Part shown: one piece after another, positions 49,266 to 57,976 of the stretch
Position numbering within the stretch: the stretch's first letter is position 1
How the letters are laid out: every line of letters starts with the position of its first letter
From: an uncultured Ruminococcus sp.
GTDB lineage: Bacteria > Bacillota > Clostridia > Oscillospirales > Acutalibacteraceae
Length of the DNA stretch: 64,000 nucleotides
Assembly (NCBI GenBank): GCA_904393835.1
Contig: CAJFNC010000009.1
Coordinates: forward strand, 8,660-72,659
Direction of reading: 5' to 3'
Notes under the pieces: generated by a model
What the model was told of the DNA's origin: nothing
The model's input: only the letters and a program-made list of their open reading frames with translations
Database searches by the model: none
Program-made: the position numbers and the translations under genes

Positions 49266-49403
49266 TCACTTTTTAAAGTTCTTCAATGCCTGCGGCTGCT
49301 TGGGCTGATACTGGAAAACAATGCATGCAGAGTTTGTGCTTTTTACGGCAGTTTTAACAGCCGCATCGGTAACAGCTTTTTTCAACATCTTTGTTGCTTT
49401 CAA
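49266..49403 (-). CDS. agrD: AgrD-type cyclic (thio)lactone autoinducing peptide precursor, 45 aa
   Basis: Hand translation from TTG after AAGAGGTG: MKATKMLKKAVTDAAVKTAVKSTNSACIVFQYQPKQPQALKNFKK; clostridial AgrD layout (leader, NSAC-xxxx-YQP, basic tail); adjacent to agrB/A/C. Confidence 0.9.
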   Translation of the reverse strand: MKATKMLKKAVTDAAVKTAVKSTNSACIVFQYQPKQPQALKNFKK

Positions 49404-49477
49404 TGTTTTCACCTCTTTTCTATTATATTTTATAGTTATATTTTATCACCTTATTATGTTAATTTCAATCACGTATT

Positions 49478-49507
49478 CCTGAAAACAACTATTTCCGCCC
49501 TGAATGT
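49478..49507 (-). promoter_or_regulatory. LytTR-type direct repeat upstream of agrD
   Basis: ACATTCAGG-12-GTTTTCAGG (21-bp period) on the minus strand. Confidence 0.7.
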
Positions 49508-49510
49508 CTC

Positions 49511-49550
49511 AGAACAAAAAAGAAACGCATAATTTTGTTCTGCGTTTTTT
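49511..49550 (-). terminator. Probable terminator between agrC and the agrD promoter
   Basis: AAACGCA...TGCGTTT stem followed by CTTTTTTGTT on the minus strand. Confidence 0.55.
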
Positions 49551-49571
49551 GTCATATTATATTGTTTTTTA

Positions 49572-49702
49572 TTCAAAGTTTCGGCTTTTATTAAGGCAAG
49601 CAAATCATTGCACCGCAAATTCAGCAGTAGGTTGTATCCTCCGCCGAATTTTGATAATGTCCCCCATCTTTATAGGCGAGGGACATTATCTTGTTTGTTA
49701 TA
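49572..49702 (+). repeat. Dispersed multi-hairpin intergenic repeat, copy 4 (overlaps the agrC stop codon)
   Basis: TTCAAAG...GCAAGCAA...AAATTCAGC...GAATTTTGATAATGTCCC...GGGACATTATCTTGTTTGTTATA. Confidence 0.8.
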
Positions 49703-50990
49703 TCGGAATTGTAATTTCAGTATAAAAATATTTGTCGTCGTATGATATATTATATACACAGCGATATTTTTCAACTGTTGATTTAATTATTGACAAACCC
49801 ATTCCGTCGTGTTCCGGTTTTGTGGAAAGTATTTTATTTCTGTGTTTATTTATTTTTCCGTCAAATGTATTTTTTACATTTATCAATATAAAATCGTTTG
49901 CTTTTTTAATTTTAAATTCTATTAACCTTTTTTCGGGTCCAAGTTTAAGGCAAGCCTCGATGGCGTTGTCCCACAGGTTTGAAAACAATGCGGTAATATC
50001 AATATCGCTCAAAAAACTGAAAGATAAATCCTCTACGTCTGTTATCACTTTTATCCCGTTGCGCTCGGCATATTCGATTTTTTGACTGAATATTACGCCT
50101 AAAATTTTATTTGAAGCCTGAAACCCCATATACAATGAATCGACCTCATGTTCTACCTTTTGTTTGTATTTTAAAGCCGCCTCACTGTCTTTTGTATTTA
50201 ATTCGTTTAATACATTAAGGTGTTTTTTCATATCGTGAATAATTTTACGTGTTTTTTCATATTGTAAAATCATTTCATTGTAGTTTGCAATCTGCATTTC
50301 ATTCTGCCTTTTCATTATATCAAGCTCATACTGCAATTTATAAGCGTTTGACAATTTTTCCAATATATATGAGGCATAAACGTTCAGCAAACAAAAAACA
50401 GCTATCATTATAACTAACACATATCCGTCACTTGTAGATGTTGCTTTTTTTACATAAACATACAAAATGAAAAATTCCGATATAAATAGTAATAATGTAA
50501 AAATTATCTCTTGTACTCTGATAGAAATTGTACCCTTTTTACTGAGAAAAACGGTAAACATTTTATAGATAAAAATTATTACAATAATATTTAGCAAACA
50601 GCTGATGATAAATATTAATACGTCGCTTATAATCTGCTCTAAATTTTTACCCGATATTACAAGCCATATAAATGTAGTAAAAATATCGCTGAACGCCAAA
50701 AAGGTAAGGTAAAGCATATTGTATAATATCGACTGCTTAAAACCGATGTCATACAAAATCAAGCATATTACATTGAAACCGATAACGGCATATAAAAAAT
50801 TAATCAAATACATATTTAATTGATTAATCAACACCATACATATGCACGAAAAAACAAAGACTGCTATGTACAATATTTTGTTGTCGTACCTTGGCTTATA
50901 AACCTTTCCGAAAAAAGAAAATGTCGCAACATTGATTACTATCGCCAAAAGTATTCTGATGCCAACTACTGCTATATGCAAATTTAACAT
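49698..50990 (-). CDS. agrC: AgrC-like GHKL sensor histidine kinase
   Basis: Multi-TM N-terminus, RKIIHDMKKHL, NLWDNAIEAC, STKPEHDGMGL. Confidence 0.88.
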   Translation of the reverse strand: MLNLHIAVVGIRILLAIVINVATFSFFGKVYKPRYDNKILYIAVFVFSCICMVLINQLNMYLINFLYAVIGFNVICLILYDIGFKQSILYNMLYLTFLAFSDIFTTFIWLVISGKNLEQIISDVLIFIISCLLNIIVIIFIYKMFTVFLSKKGTISIRVQEIIFTLLLFISEFFILYVYVKKATSTSDGYVLVIMIAVFCLLNVYASYILEKLSNAYKLQYELDIMKRQNEMQIANYNEMILQYEKTRKIIHDMKKHLNVLNELNTKDSEAALKYKQKVEHEVDSLYMGFQASNKILGVIFSQKIEYAERNGIKVITDVEDLSFSFLSDIDITALFSNLWDNAIEACLKLGPEKRLIEFKIKKANDFILINVKNTFDGKINKHRNKILSTKPEHDGMGLSIIKSTVEKYRCVYNISYDDKYFYTEITIPI

Positions 50991-50994
50991 CCCC

Positions 50995-51714
50995 TTAACT
51001 GCGAAGAATCTGCGAAAGTTTGTTTAAAAAGTCCTTTTGCTTTTTAGTTGCAAGAGGCAGCCACTCGCCGTTGTCCATTATAACTCCGTCATCCTTGCGG
51101 ATTGACTGCACGTGTCTGAGATTTACTATACAGGATCTGTTTGTCTGGTAAAATCCGTCATTTTGAATTTTGGAATATATGTCCGATAAATTTTCCTTTA
51201 CAACATATATCTTTTTTGAGGTATTAACCTGTACTCTCCTTTTTTCGAGCAAAATAAAATATATTACCTCGTCAAGCGGTTGAATTTCGACTCCGTTACC
51301 GGTAAAAAGCTCGACATTTTTCGCGTCATTCTTAAAATTAAAATACTTTATAACATCTTTTAGCGTCTGTGTAACAGCCTCAATCGACAACGGTTTTGTA
51401 ATAAAATCAAAAGCGTGAACCTTGTACGCTCTTCTGCTGTAATCAGCGTAACTGGTAATATAAACAATCGGTACATAATTATCGGTTTTGCGTATTTCCA
51501 TACCAACGGAAATACCGTTTGAATCCTGCATTTCGATATCCATAAAAATTAAATCAAAATGCTTTTCTTCTTTGAGCATCTGTGTGCCGTCGTAATATTT
51601 TTCAATATTAACCGCGATATTGTTTTTATCAAAAAAAGAAGATACAATTTTTTCAAGATTTCCAACGCATCTCACTTCATCATCACAAATTGCAATATTA
51701 AACACGTTTATCAT
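50995..51714 (-). CDS. agrA: AgrA-like LytTR response regulator
   Basis: IAICDD, LIFMDIEM, FDFITKP, LytTR domain (FYQTNRSCIVNL). Confidence 0.9.
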   Translation of the reverse strand: MINVFNIAICDDEVRCVGNLEKIVSSFFDKNNIAVNIEKYYDGTQMLKEEKHFDLIFMDIEMQDSNGISVGMEIRKTDNYVPIVYITSYADYSRRAYKVHAFDFITKPLSIEAVTQTLKDVIKYFNFKNDAKNVELFTGNGVEIQPLDEVIYFILLEKRRVQVNTSKKIYVVKENLSDIYSKIQNDGFYQTNRSCIVNLRHVQSIRKDDGVIMDNGEWLPLATKKQKDFLNKLSQILRS

Positions 51715-51791
51715 CTTCCCAACATAATAAAATTGTAAAAGTTAATTCAACAAAAATTATTATACACTAATGTTGCAAAAATTTCCACTAA

Positions 51792-52370
51792 TTATTTATT
51801 ATGTCGCGCGCTTTTTTTGTATCCTGCCGCAAGCAGTATCCCGGACATTGTTATTGCCAGCATTGCAGCAGAGGACAAAACATAAATTTTAAAATACAGC
51901 ATTATCAAAGCAAAAATGACTTCTGCAATTAAAATAACAATTGAACGAGTTTTGAACTTGACAATTTCGTCCTTTTCAAGCCTTTTATTTTCGCTGTCAA
52001 CGGGGGCAAGCAAAATTATCGCGATTCCGCTTAAAAATGCCGTGACCGCAAGCACAATCATTGTTGCAGTATTTACATACATAAGTACCAGCATTGCAAC
52101 TATCATTGTGAGCATTGACTGTATAAAGCACCGAATCCTGGTATCCGCATGATACCCTCCGGCGTTTGTACGCAGTATGGTAAAAAGCACAAGATAAACA
52201 ACGCACTCAAAAAACATTCCCATAAACGCACCTATTACCAGACAGACGCCAAAGAAAATTATTTTGAGCAACATTAATTCTATGCCGTATTTTACAACCG
52301 CAATTTTGTCGTCATCAAAATTCTCTCCATCGCAAACACGTACGGTAATCCAATTTACAAGTTTATCCAT
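51792..52370 (-). CDS. agrB: AgrB-family peptide-processing membrane protein
   Basis: KYGIE, LRTNAGGYHADTRIRC (catalytic His/Cys motif), APVDSENK; start moved to MDKLV after GAGGTG. Confidence 0.93.
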   Translation of the reverse strand: MDKLVNWITVRVCDGENFDDDKIAVVKYGIELMLLKIIFFGVCLVIGAFMGMFFECVVYLVLFTILRTNAGGYHADTRIRCFIQSMLTMIVAMLVLMYVNTATMIVLAVTAFLSGIAIILLAPVDSENKRLEKDEIVKFKTRSIVILIAEVIFALIMLYFKIYVLSSAAMLAITMSGILLAAGYKKSARHNK

Positions 52371-52386
52371 AATACACCTCAAATAA

Positions 52387-52428
52387 TAATATTGCAATAA
52401 TATTATACAACATATTATTGCAATATTA
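52387..52428. promoter_or_regulatory. Perfect 17-bp inverted repeat around the TATAAT upstream of agrB
   Basis: TAATATTGCAATAATAT-8-ATATTATTGCAATATTA. Confidence 0.55.
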
Positions 52429-52499
52429 AACAGTTAAAGTATATTTTTTCACTCTACAAACTATATTTGTTAATTTTATGCAATCAAGGCGGATGACTC

Positions 52500-53375
52500 T
52501 CACACCCCGTTCTCAAAAACGTACAAATACAAATCCTCAAGGGTTGGCTTAACGGATTCTGTTTTACAGCCTTTCGGCGGATTATCGGTTACGGTGCGCA
52601 CGATTATTTTATCGTCATTATGATATAGGTTTGAAACACGGTAATTATCCTGAAAATATTTCAGACTTTCTTTATCTGTTTCTATCTCAAACACCTTGTT
52701 TTCTATCTCTTTGATAAGATTGTCGCAGGTATCGTGCGACACCAGTTTTCCGCTTTTTAAAAGGATTATTTCCTTTGCAATAAATTCAATGTCCGACACA
52801 ACGTGGGTAGAAATTAAAACAATTTTATCCTCCGCAATTTCGCTTATGAAGTTGCGGATTCTTATTCGTTCTTTTGGGTCAAGACCTGCCGTAGGCTCGT
52901 CAAGAATCAAAACCTTTGGGTCATTAAGCAGCGCTTGTGCAATCAAGGCCCTTTGCTTCATACCGCCCGAGAAAGAACCGAGTTTTTTGTGCGCTGAATC
53001 AATAAGATTAACGGTTTCAAGAAGTGAAACAATTTTTTGCTTTGCCTCTTTCTTTTTTAATCCCTTTAACGCCGCCATATACCACAAAAAGCGGTTGAGT
53101 GTAAAATCGTCGTACAAGCCCTGCTGCTGAGGCATATATCCGAGCAAAGAGCGGTAGCTTTTGCCGAGCTTTTTTATATTATCGCCGTCATAAAGCACCT
53201 CTCCGCTGTCAGCGTTGAGATTATCGGTAATAATATTCATCAGCGTAGATTTGCCTGAGCCGTTCGGTCCCAGTAATCCATATACACCCGACGTAAGCGT
53301 TACCGAAAAATTATCAAGAGCTTTTACCGTTCCTTTTTTATATGTTTTACTGAGGTTTGCAATTTTAAGTTCCAT
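52500..53375 (-). CDS. ABC ATPase (DrrA/CcmA-like, ABC-2 exporter type)
   Basis: GPNGSGKST, FSGGMKQR, DEPTAGLDPKER, STHVVSD, PTLEDLY. Confidence 0.93.
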   Translation of the reverse strand: MELKIANLSKTYKKGTVKALDNFSVTLTSGVYGLLGPNGSGKSTLMNIITDNLNADSGEVLYDGDNIKKLGKSYRSLLGYMPQQQGLYDDFTLNRFLWYMAALKGLKKKEAKQKIVSLLETVNLIDSAHKKLGSFSGGMKQRALIAQALLNDPKVLILDEPTAGLDPKERIRIRNFISEIAEDKIVLISTHVVSDIEFIAKEIILLKSGKLVSHDTCDNLIKEIENKVFEIETDKESLKYFQDNYRVSNLYHNDDKIIVRTVTDNPPKGCKTESVKPTLEDLYLYVFENGV

Positions 53376-55755
53376 TTCTGCGCCTCCTTAGTGATTTTCC
53401 CGTAAAGTTCTTATAGGTAAATCCTGCGAAAATAACTGCTAAAATTGTTGATACGCCGATAAGCAATGCCATAACCCAAAGCTTGTTATTCATCAGCAGT
53501 GAAAAAATTCTCAAATCACGATTGAAATAAATAAGAACACAAGGAATAAGTGTTACAGCCGTAGAAACTATCATGGTAGTCACAGTGTTTTTTAACTTAT
53601 TCGACAAAAGCAGAATCACCCCGGCTGCCGCTAAACTTATGGTTATGTGTAATAAGCCCTCAAGCAATATTGCCTGCATAATAGTAATACTGCTCTCCAG
53701 CCGCTCAAAGCCCTCTAAAAATACAAGTGGTTCCGAAAATATATCCGTACCGAAAGTTTTTATAAAATTAATAATATACGGCAGATAAATAAGAACATAC
53801 ATAACAGAATATGTCAACAGGGCTACTGAAAATTTAGCGGCAACAAGCCTGCCCTTACCCTTTTGGGCAGCACAGATAAGTCTTTTCATATTACGCTTAT
53901 ATTCATAAGCAAAAATTCCCGACAGAGTGAAAACTATAAGCACCATAAACAGTGCAAACAAATTCCACTCTCTTGAAGCGTCCGCCATAAGGCGTTTGCC
54001 TACTGTGTAATTTATAAAGTAAGGCGTAATGTTCAGTTTTTCACCTACGGCCTTAATTGTATCGTACTGAAGCATTACGGTTTCAAAGCCCTTGCCCCTT
54101 GTGTCAAGTATATTATTTATTGCCGTTATCTGAGCGCTTTTTTGATCTTCGGTAAGCGTTGTATCGTAAGTAACGGCTTCTTTTTCGGCATTAAGCTCAT
54201 CAAAATATTTTTGCTCATCTTCAAGAAATTGCTCTTTTTCGGGGGTCAGCTCTCCCTCAAGCCTGTTAAGATATGCGGCGTAGGCAACATCAGCACCGAG
54301 TGAATAATTAATATTAATGTTTTCGGTAAAATTGGCAAAAGCAAATCCTGCAACCAAAACGAGAACAATCACAACTTTTGAGCTTACATAATGCTTGTAA
54401 CATTCACCTTTGAATACCGAAGTACTTCCCCTGAATGTATGTATCCTCAATCTAATTTTTTCGGAAAGATTTGCAAAAACATTCGCACCTGCAAACTGTC
54501 CCTGCTTAGAAAACGCAATCAAACACAACGGCGGAATTATAAGTGCGCACAGCACTAAAAACAACAGATATATCCACACCACATTGACAGGGTGCGTGAA
54601 AAAATTCAAATTCAGATATTTTCCAAATAACTCATTACCGCTGAGAAAATAAAACACATTAATATATTTGAAATGATTGACAGGCGACATTGAGTCTATA
54701 AAATTATACATACAAAATTCTGCGCCGAAAAATGCAACAAGAACAATATATGTTATATTAGTGCTTTTTATCAATGTAAAGACTAAAGCTAAAATCAAAG
54801 CCACAGCACAAAGTGTAAATGCTTTTTTCAGCACCCACAAAACCAGATATTGTAAAACAGTGCATTTTAATGTGCAGTTCATAAACTCAGGTATGGACTG
54901 AATACTGCGGTTAAGGTCGCCCAAACCGAAAGCAACTCCGCCTGTCAGCAAATTCGATATATAAAAAACTAATGTAACTCCCGCAACTGTCAGGAGCGTA
55001 ACAACAAGTTTTGCCGCCATTGTATGATGTCTGCCTTTTTGGGTAGATTTTACCAGCGCTGTAAGCCCTTTTTCTCTTTCCAAAGAAAACAAAGCAATAC
55101 ATACAAGCAACACAAGTATTAACAGCAGATAATCTGTTAATACAAAGGTTGTTGACAGATTAATTCCCAAGTCAAAGCCCGGCGTAATTTCTACACCCTT
55201 GAGATGCTCAAAATCCAGGGGCGTTTTTTCTATATTATTGTAAGCAAAAGTTCCCGGTTTAGAGAATATTGAAAACTGCAGCTGTGAGTCTGTACGAGAC
55301 TGCATATCATTTATAAACGTATTATACTCGTCAATGTAAGAGAATTTTTCATAAAGCAAATCCGTAACATACACATCGCCCGAGGAAAAGCCTTCTTCAA
55401 TTAGTTGCTGAGCACGCTCGTATGCTTTGGGGTTCTCAGATTTATACTGTTCAATAAGGGCGGTAACATATGTTGGATCAATATTTTCACTTGACGCAGA
55501 CTGAATATTTGAGGCTATTGAATATGCCTCTTTTAGTTCGGAAAGTTCAGCCGCAGCGTCATCCCTATCCATATCAAGATAATATGAAAGTTTGTTTTCC
55601 AGTTCATCGCTGAGGCTCAGCTCATATTTATATGTTTCATCAGACGTTGTAAAAAAGTAAAATCCTGCCGCATTTATTACAAAAAACAACGCAAAGCAAA
55701 TTATAAAAAGCCTGTTAGAAAATAGCTTTACGAACTCGGAACACACCAGTCTCAA
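53365..55755 (-). CDS. Large (796 aa) ABC-2-type permease with two extracellular loops, paralog 2
   Basis: Multi-TM; EREKG...KSTQKGR and EYKRNM...KGKGRL motifs; immediately before the ATPase; paralog of 58454-60868. Confidence 0.8.
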   Translation of the reverse strand: MRLVCSEFVKLFSNRLFIICFALFFVINAAGFYFFTTSDETYKYELSLSDELENKLSYYLDMDRDDAAAELSELKEAYSIASNIQSASSENIDPTYVTALIEQYKSENPKAYERAQQLIEEGFSSGDVYVTDLLYEKFSYIDEYNTFINDMQSRTDSQLQFSIFSKPGTFAYNNIEKTPLDFEHLKGVEITPGFDLGINLSTTFVLTDYLLLILVLLVCIALFSLEREKGLTALVKSTQKGRHHTMAAKLVVTLLTVAGVTLVFYISNLLTGGVAFGLGDLNRSIQSIPEFMNCTLKCTVLQYLVLWVLKKAFTLCAVALILALVFTLIKSTNITYIVLVAFFGAEFCMYNFIDSMSPVNHFKYINVFYFLSGNELFGKYLNLNFFTHPVNVVWIYLLFLVLCALIIPPLCLIAFSKQGQFAGANVFANLSEKIRLRIHTFRGSTSVFKGECYKHYVSSKVVIVLVLVAGFAFANFTENININYSLGADVAYAAYLNRLEGELTPEKEQFLEDEQKYFDELNAEKEAVTYDTTLTEDQKSAQITAINNILDTRGKGFETVMLQYDTIKAVGEKLNITPYFINYTVGKRLMADASREWNLFALFMVLIVFTLSGIFAYEYKRNMKRLICAAQKGKGRLVAAKFSVALLTYSVMYVLIYLPYIINFIKTFGTDIFSEPLVFLEGFERLESSITIMQAILLEGLLHITISLAAAGVILLLSNKLKNTVTTMIVSTAVTLIPCVLIYFNRDLRIFSLLMNNKLWVMALLIGVSTILAVIFAGFTYKNFTGKSLRRRRNGT

Positions 55756-55810
55756 AGAATCACCCCCGATTATAAAACCGAATTATTTATACTGTTATTG
55801 GCCTTTAATA

Positions 55811-57481
55811 TCAAGAAAAGCTAAAAAACTCTCCTGAAAATTGTGCGCCGTCTATCGGCTCTATCGGTTCACCGTCAAGGATAGAGACAAGCATAGAATG
55901 TACCTCCTCCGGTACAGATTCCACACCTAAAAGAACTAAAAATTTTCCTGAACGCAAAGCGTAAGGATACTCAGACATAAACTCCTTTGCCTTATCCTCG
56001 GATTCAAATTCCATAAACGGAAAATATGAGGTCACCGTTCCGCCGTCCTGCTCCCAACTGAGCTTTACTGAAAAACCTGCCTCTGCGTCGGCGCCCTCCG
56101 ACTGGAACGAATCCTTAACGCCGTAATCCTTATCCTTTGCCTTTTGCCACATATTAACCAGCTCTTCGCTGCCGCTCGGCGGTGTCTCGCTGATTGCACC
56201 TGTTTTATTGGAGTTTGACGACTTTGTCTGTGATTCAGGATTCAGACAAAAGGTTTTTTCCCATAATTTTCCGTTCAGGCTTCCAAGCTCGCTTTTATCG
56301 TAATAGAATATAAAGTTTCCGTTATCGTTCTTACCTCCGAACAAAAATACTTCATCGTCAATAGGAAGCAAAAACCATGTTTTAGCTGAACCGTCGCCCA
56401 AAGAAAATTCATCTACCTTATTCAGCTTTGAATCATACACGGTAATATATCTCTCTTTTCTGTTCACGGGCTCGTCATTTGTGGCCATCCGCTGGATATT
56501 TAATGCAATGTAGTTATCCACATACATATATTTTCCGTCACAAATAATATTTTCATGCTCGTAAGTCTCAAAAAATTTTTCGGGATTGTTTCCTTCAAAA
56601 TCGGTTTTGTAATATATATACTTGCCGTTTTCTTCATCGCCTGATGAAAATATCAACATTCCGTCTAAATACATAGGAGTGAACAAATAGTTACCCGTAC
56701 CTGCAGGAGAAAGCATTTCGGTAACAGAATAATCGCTGAGATTCATTTTGAGCCTTTTGCTGATATTTACGGTTTTATTATCGCGCTTCATACCGTTAAT
56801 GGCAAAGTACAAATTATCTCCGTAAGCCATAAGCTCTGATATTTGTGCGTCCCGCTGCACCTCTTCTGCAAAATAAATTTCCTTTGGCTCTGACGACGAT
56901 TTATCAAGGGAATAGCTGTAAATATAGCAGTCAATATCATTTATATTTTCCATTCCCGTGTTTTCGTCGATTGAATATTTTCTCACCGTATAATAAAAAA
57001 CGCCTCTGTGAATTATCCATTCATCGGGAGCCAAGTCCATATGAAAAACAGTTTCCTTTTGACTGCCGTCGGCGGACATTCTTATCAGATTGGAGCCCTC
57101 AAAATTGTACTCATCATCTGCGCTCTCAACAAAGTAAATGCTGCCGTCGTAATAGCTGATGTTATCGACCACACCAATATTTGAATTGCAGCTGTCGTCA
57201 TTATGCATACAGTTGGGCTTATTGCACAGTGGCGTAGCCTGCATTGTTTCACCTTCAACATAGTAGATATTTTTATTTGCTAATACATAGTACCCGGTTT
57301 CACATTTTGCAATATTTGCCTGCGACATAGGCAAATAGTCGGAATTTACCAGCTGACAATCCTTGGTATAATCATAATCTCCCTTGTTTTGAATATCCTC
57401 ATTTGAACAACCGCCGAATATTGATAAAACGCTGAAAGCCGCAAGTATTAAAGCCAATGTTTTTTTTATTATATGTTTCAT
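55811..57481 (-). CDS. Lipoprotein, predicted beta-propeller with PLCxKxxCxH..C motif and extra C-terminal domain
   Basis: Lipobox FGGC, PLCNKPNCMHNDDSC, aromatic strand repeats, Ser-rich linker. Confidence 0.75.
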   Translation of the reverse strand: MKHIIKKTLALILAAFSVLSIFGGCSNEDIQNKGDYDYTKDCQLVNSDYLPMSQANIAKCETGYYVLANKNIYYVEGETMQATPLCNKPNCMHNDDSCNSNIGVVDNISYYDGSIYFVESADDEYNFEGSNLIRMSADGSQKETVFHMDLAPDEWIIHRGVFYYTVRKYSIDENTGMENINDIDCYIYSYSLDKSSSEPKEIYFAEEVQRDAQISELMAYGDNLYFAINGMKRDNKTVNISKRLKMNLSDYSVTEMLSPAGTGNYLFTPMYLDGMLIFSSGDEENGKYIYYKTDFEGNNPEKFFETYEHENIICDGKYMYVDNYIALNIQRMATNDEPVNRKERYITVYDSKLNKVDEFSLGDGSAKTWFLLPIDDEVFLFGGKNDNGNFIFYYDKSELGSLNGKLWEKTFCLNPESQTKSSNSNKTGAISETPPSGSEELVNMWQKAKDKDYGVKDSFQSEGADAEAGFSVKLSWEQDGGTVTSYFPFMEFESEDKAKEFMSEYPYALRSGKFLVLLGVESVPEEVHSMLVSILDGEPIEPIDGAQFSGEFFSFS

Positions 57482-57499
57482 ATCTATCACCTGAGCAGG

Positions 57500-57523
57500 G
57501 GGGCAATAGAAATCTATTGCCCC
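57500..57523. other. Intergenic stem-loop without U tract
   Basis: GGGGCAATAG-AAAT-CTATTGCCCC, 10 nt after the secreted-protein stop. Confidence 0.6.
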
Positions 57524-57532
57524 AGAAAAAAA

Positions 57533-57976
57533 TTAAATATCAGAATAATCAGGAACTACACTTCCTACGTGTGAATCATCCGCACTTTCATGGCTTGACC
57601 AAATCATATAACTTGTCGCCTTAACCTTGTGACTACCGATAGCGCCAACATATTCATCTGTCGATGAATTGTTAGTATAGCTGGCAGAGTATGTGTCAAA
57701 ACCGTTTGTAACGAATGTGTCCACATCTCCTCTAGAAATACATTTTATTTCATGACCATAGTAATAATAATAATTCAATTGCACAGACTTACCATAGTTA
57801 TAATTTTCACAATACGTAGATGAAGAAGCTACCTTATCATTCATAACCGTACTGCCCCTCAGTTTATAGCCGTTCATATAATACGTGTTCGTATAATCAA
57901 GCGCCGCAGAGGCAGAGATACTGCACATACCGATTAAAAACGATGAAACAATCAATAACGAAATTAACTTTTTCAT
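57533..57976 (-). CDS. Small secreted Tyr/Ser-rich protein of unknown function (147 aa)
   Basis: Sec signal peptide ending ASA|A, strong GGAGGGAG RBS, two Cys in the mature part, YYYYY run. Confidence 0.8.
   Translation of the reverse strand: MKKLISLLIVSSFLIGMCSISASAALDYTNTYYMNGYKLRGSTVMNDKVASSSTYCENYNYGKSVQLNYYYYYGHEIKCISRGDVDTFVTNGFDTYSASYTNNSSTDEYVGAIGSHKVKATSYMIWSSHESADDSHVGSVVPDYSDI

Noticed and set aside
7924-49702. Repeat copies as a CRISPR array or tRNA-like genes
   Set aside because: The copies are dispersed, not tandem with spacers; there are no cas genes; no tRNA T-loop, D-loop or CCA consensus
50995-51714. AgrA LytTR motif HRS changed to NRS as a sign of pseudogenisation
   Set aside because: The ORF is intact with a complete receiver domain; this position varies among LytTR proteins
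57533-57976. Direct assignment as a lactococcin 972-family bacteriocin or as a lipoprotein
   Set aside because: Longer than typical members with no recognisable family motif; the Cys in the signal (IGMC) does not fit a lipobox and an ASA signal peptidase I site follows
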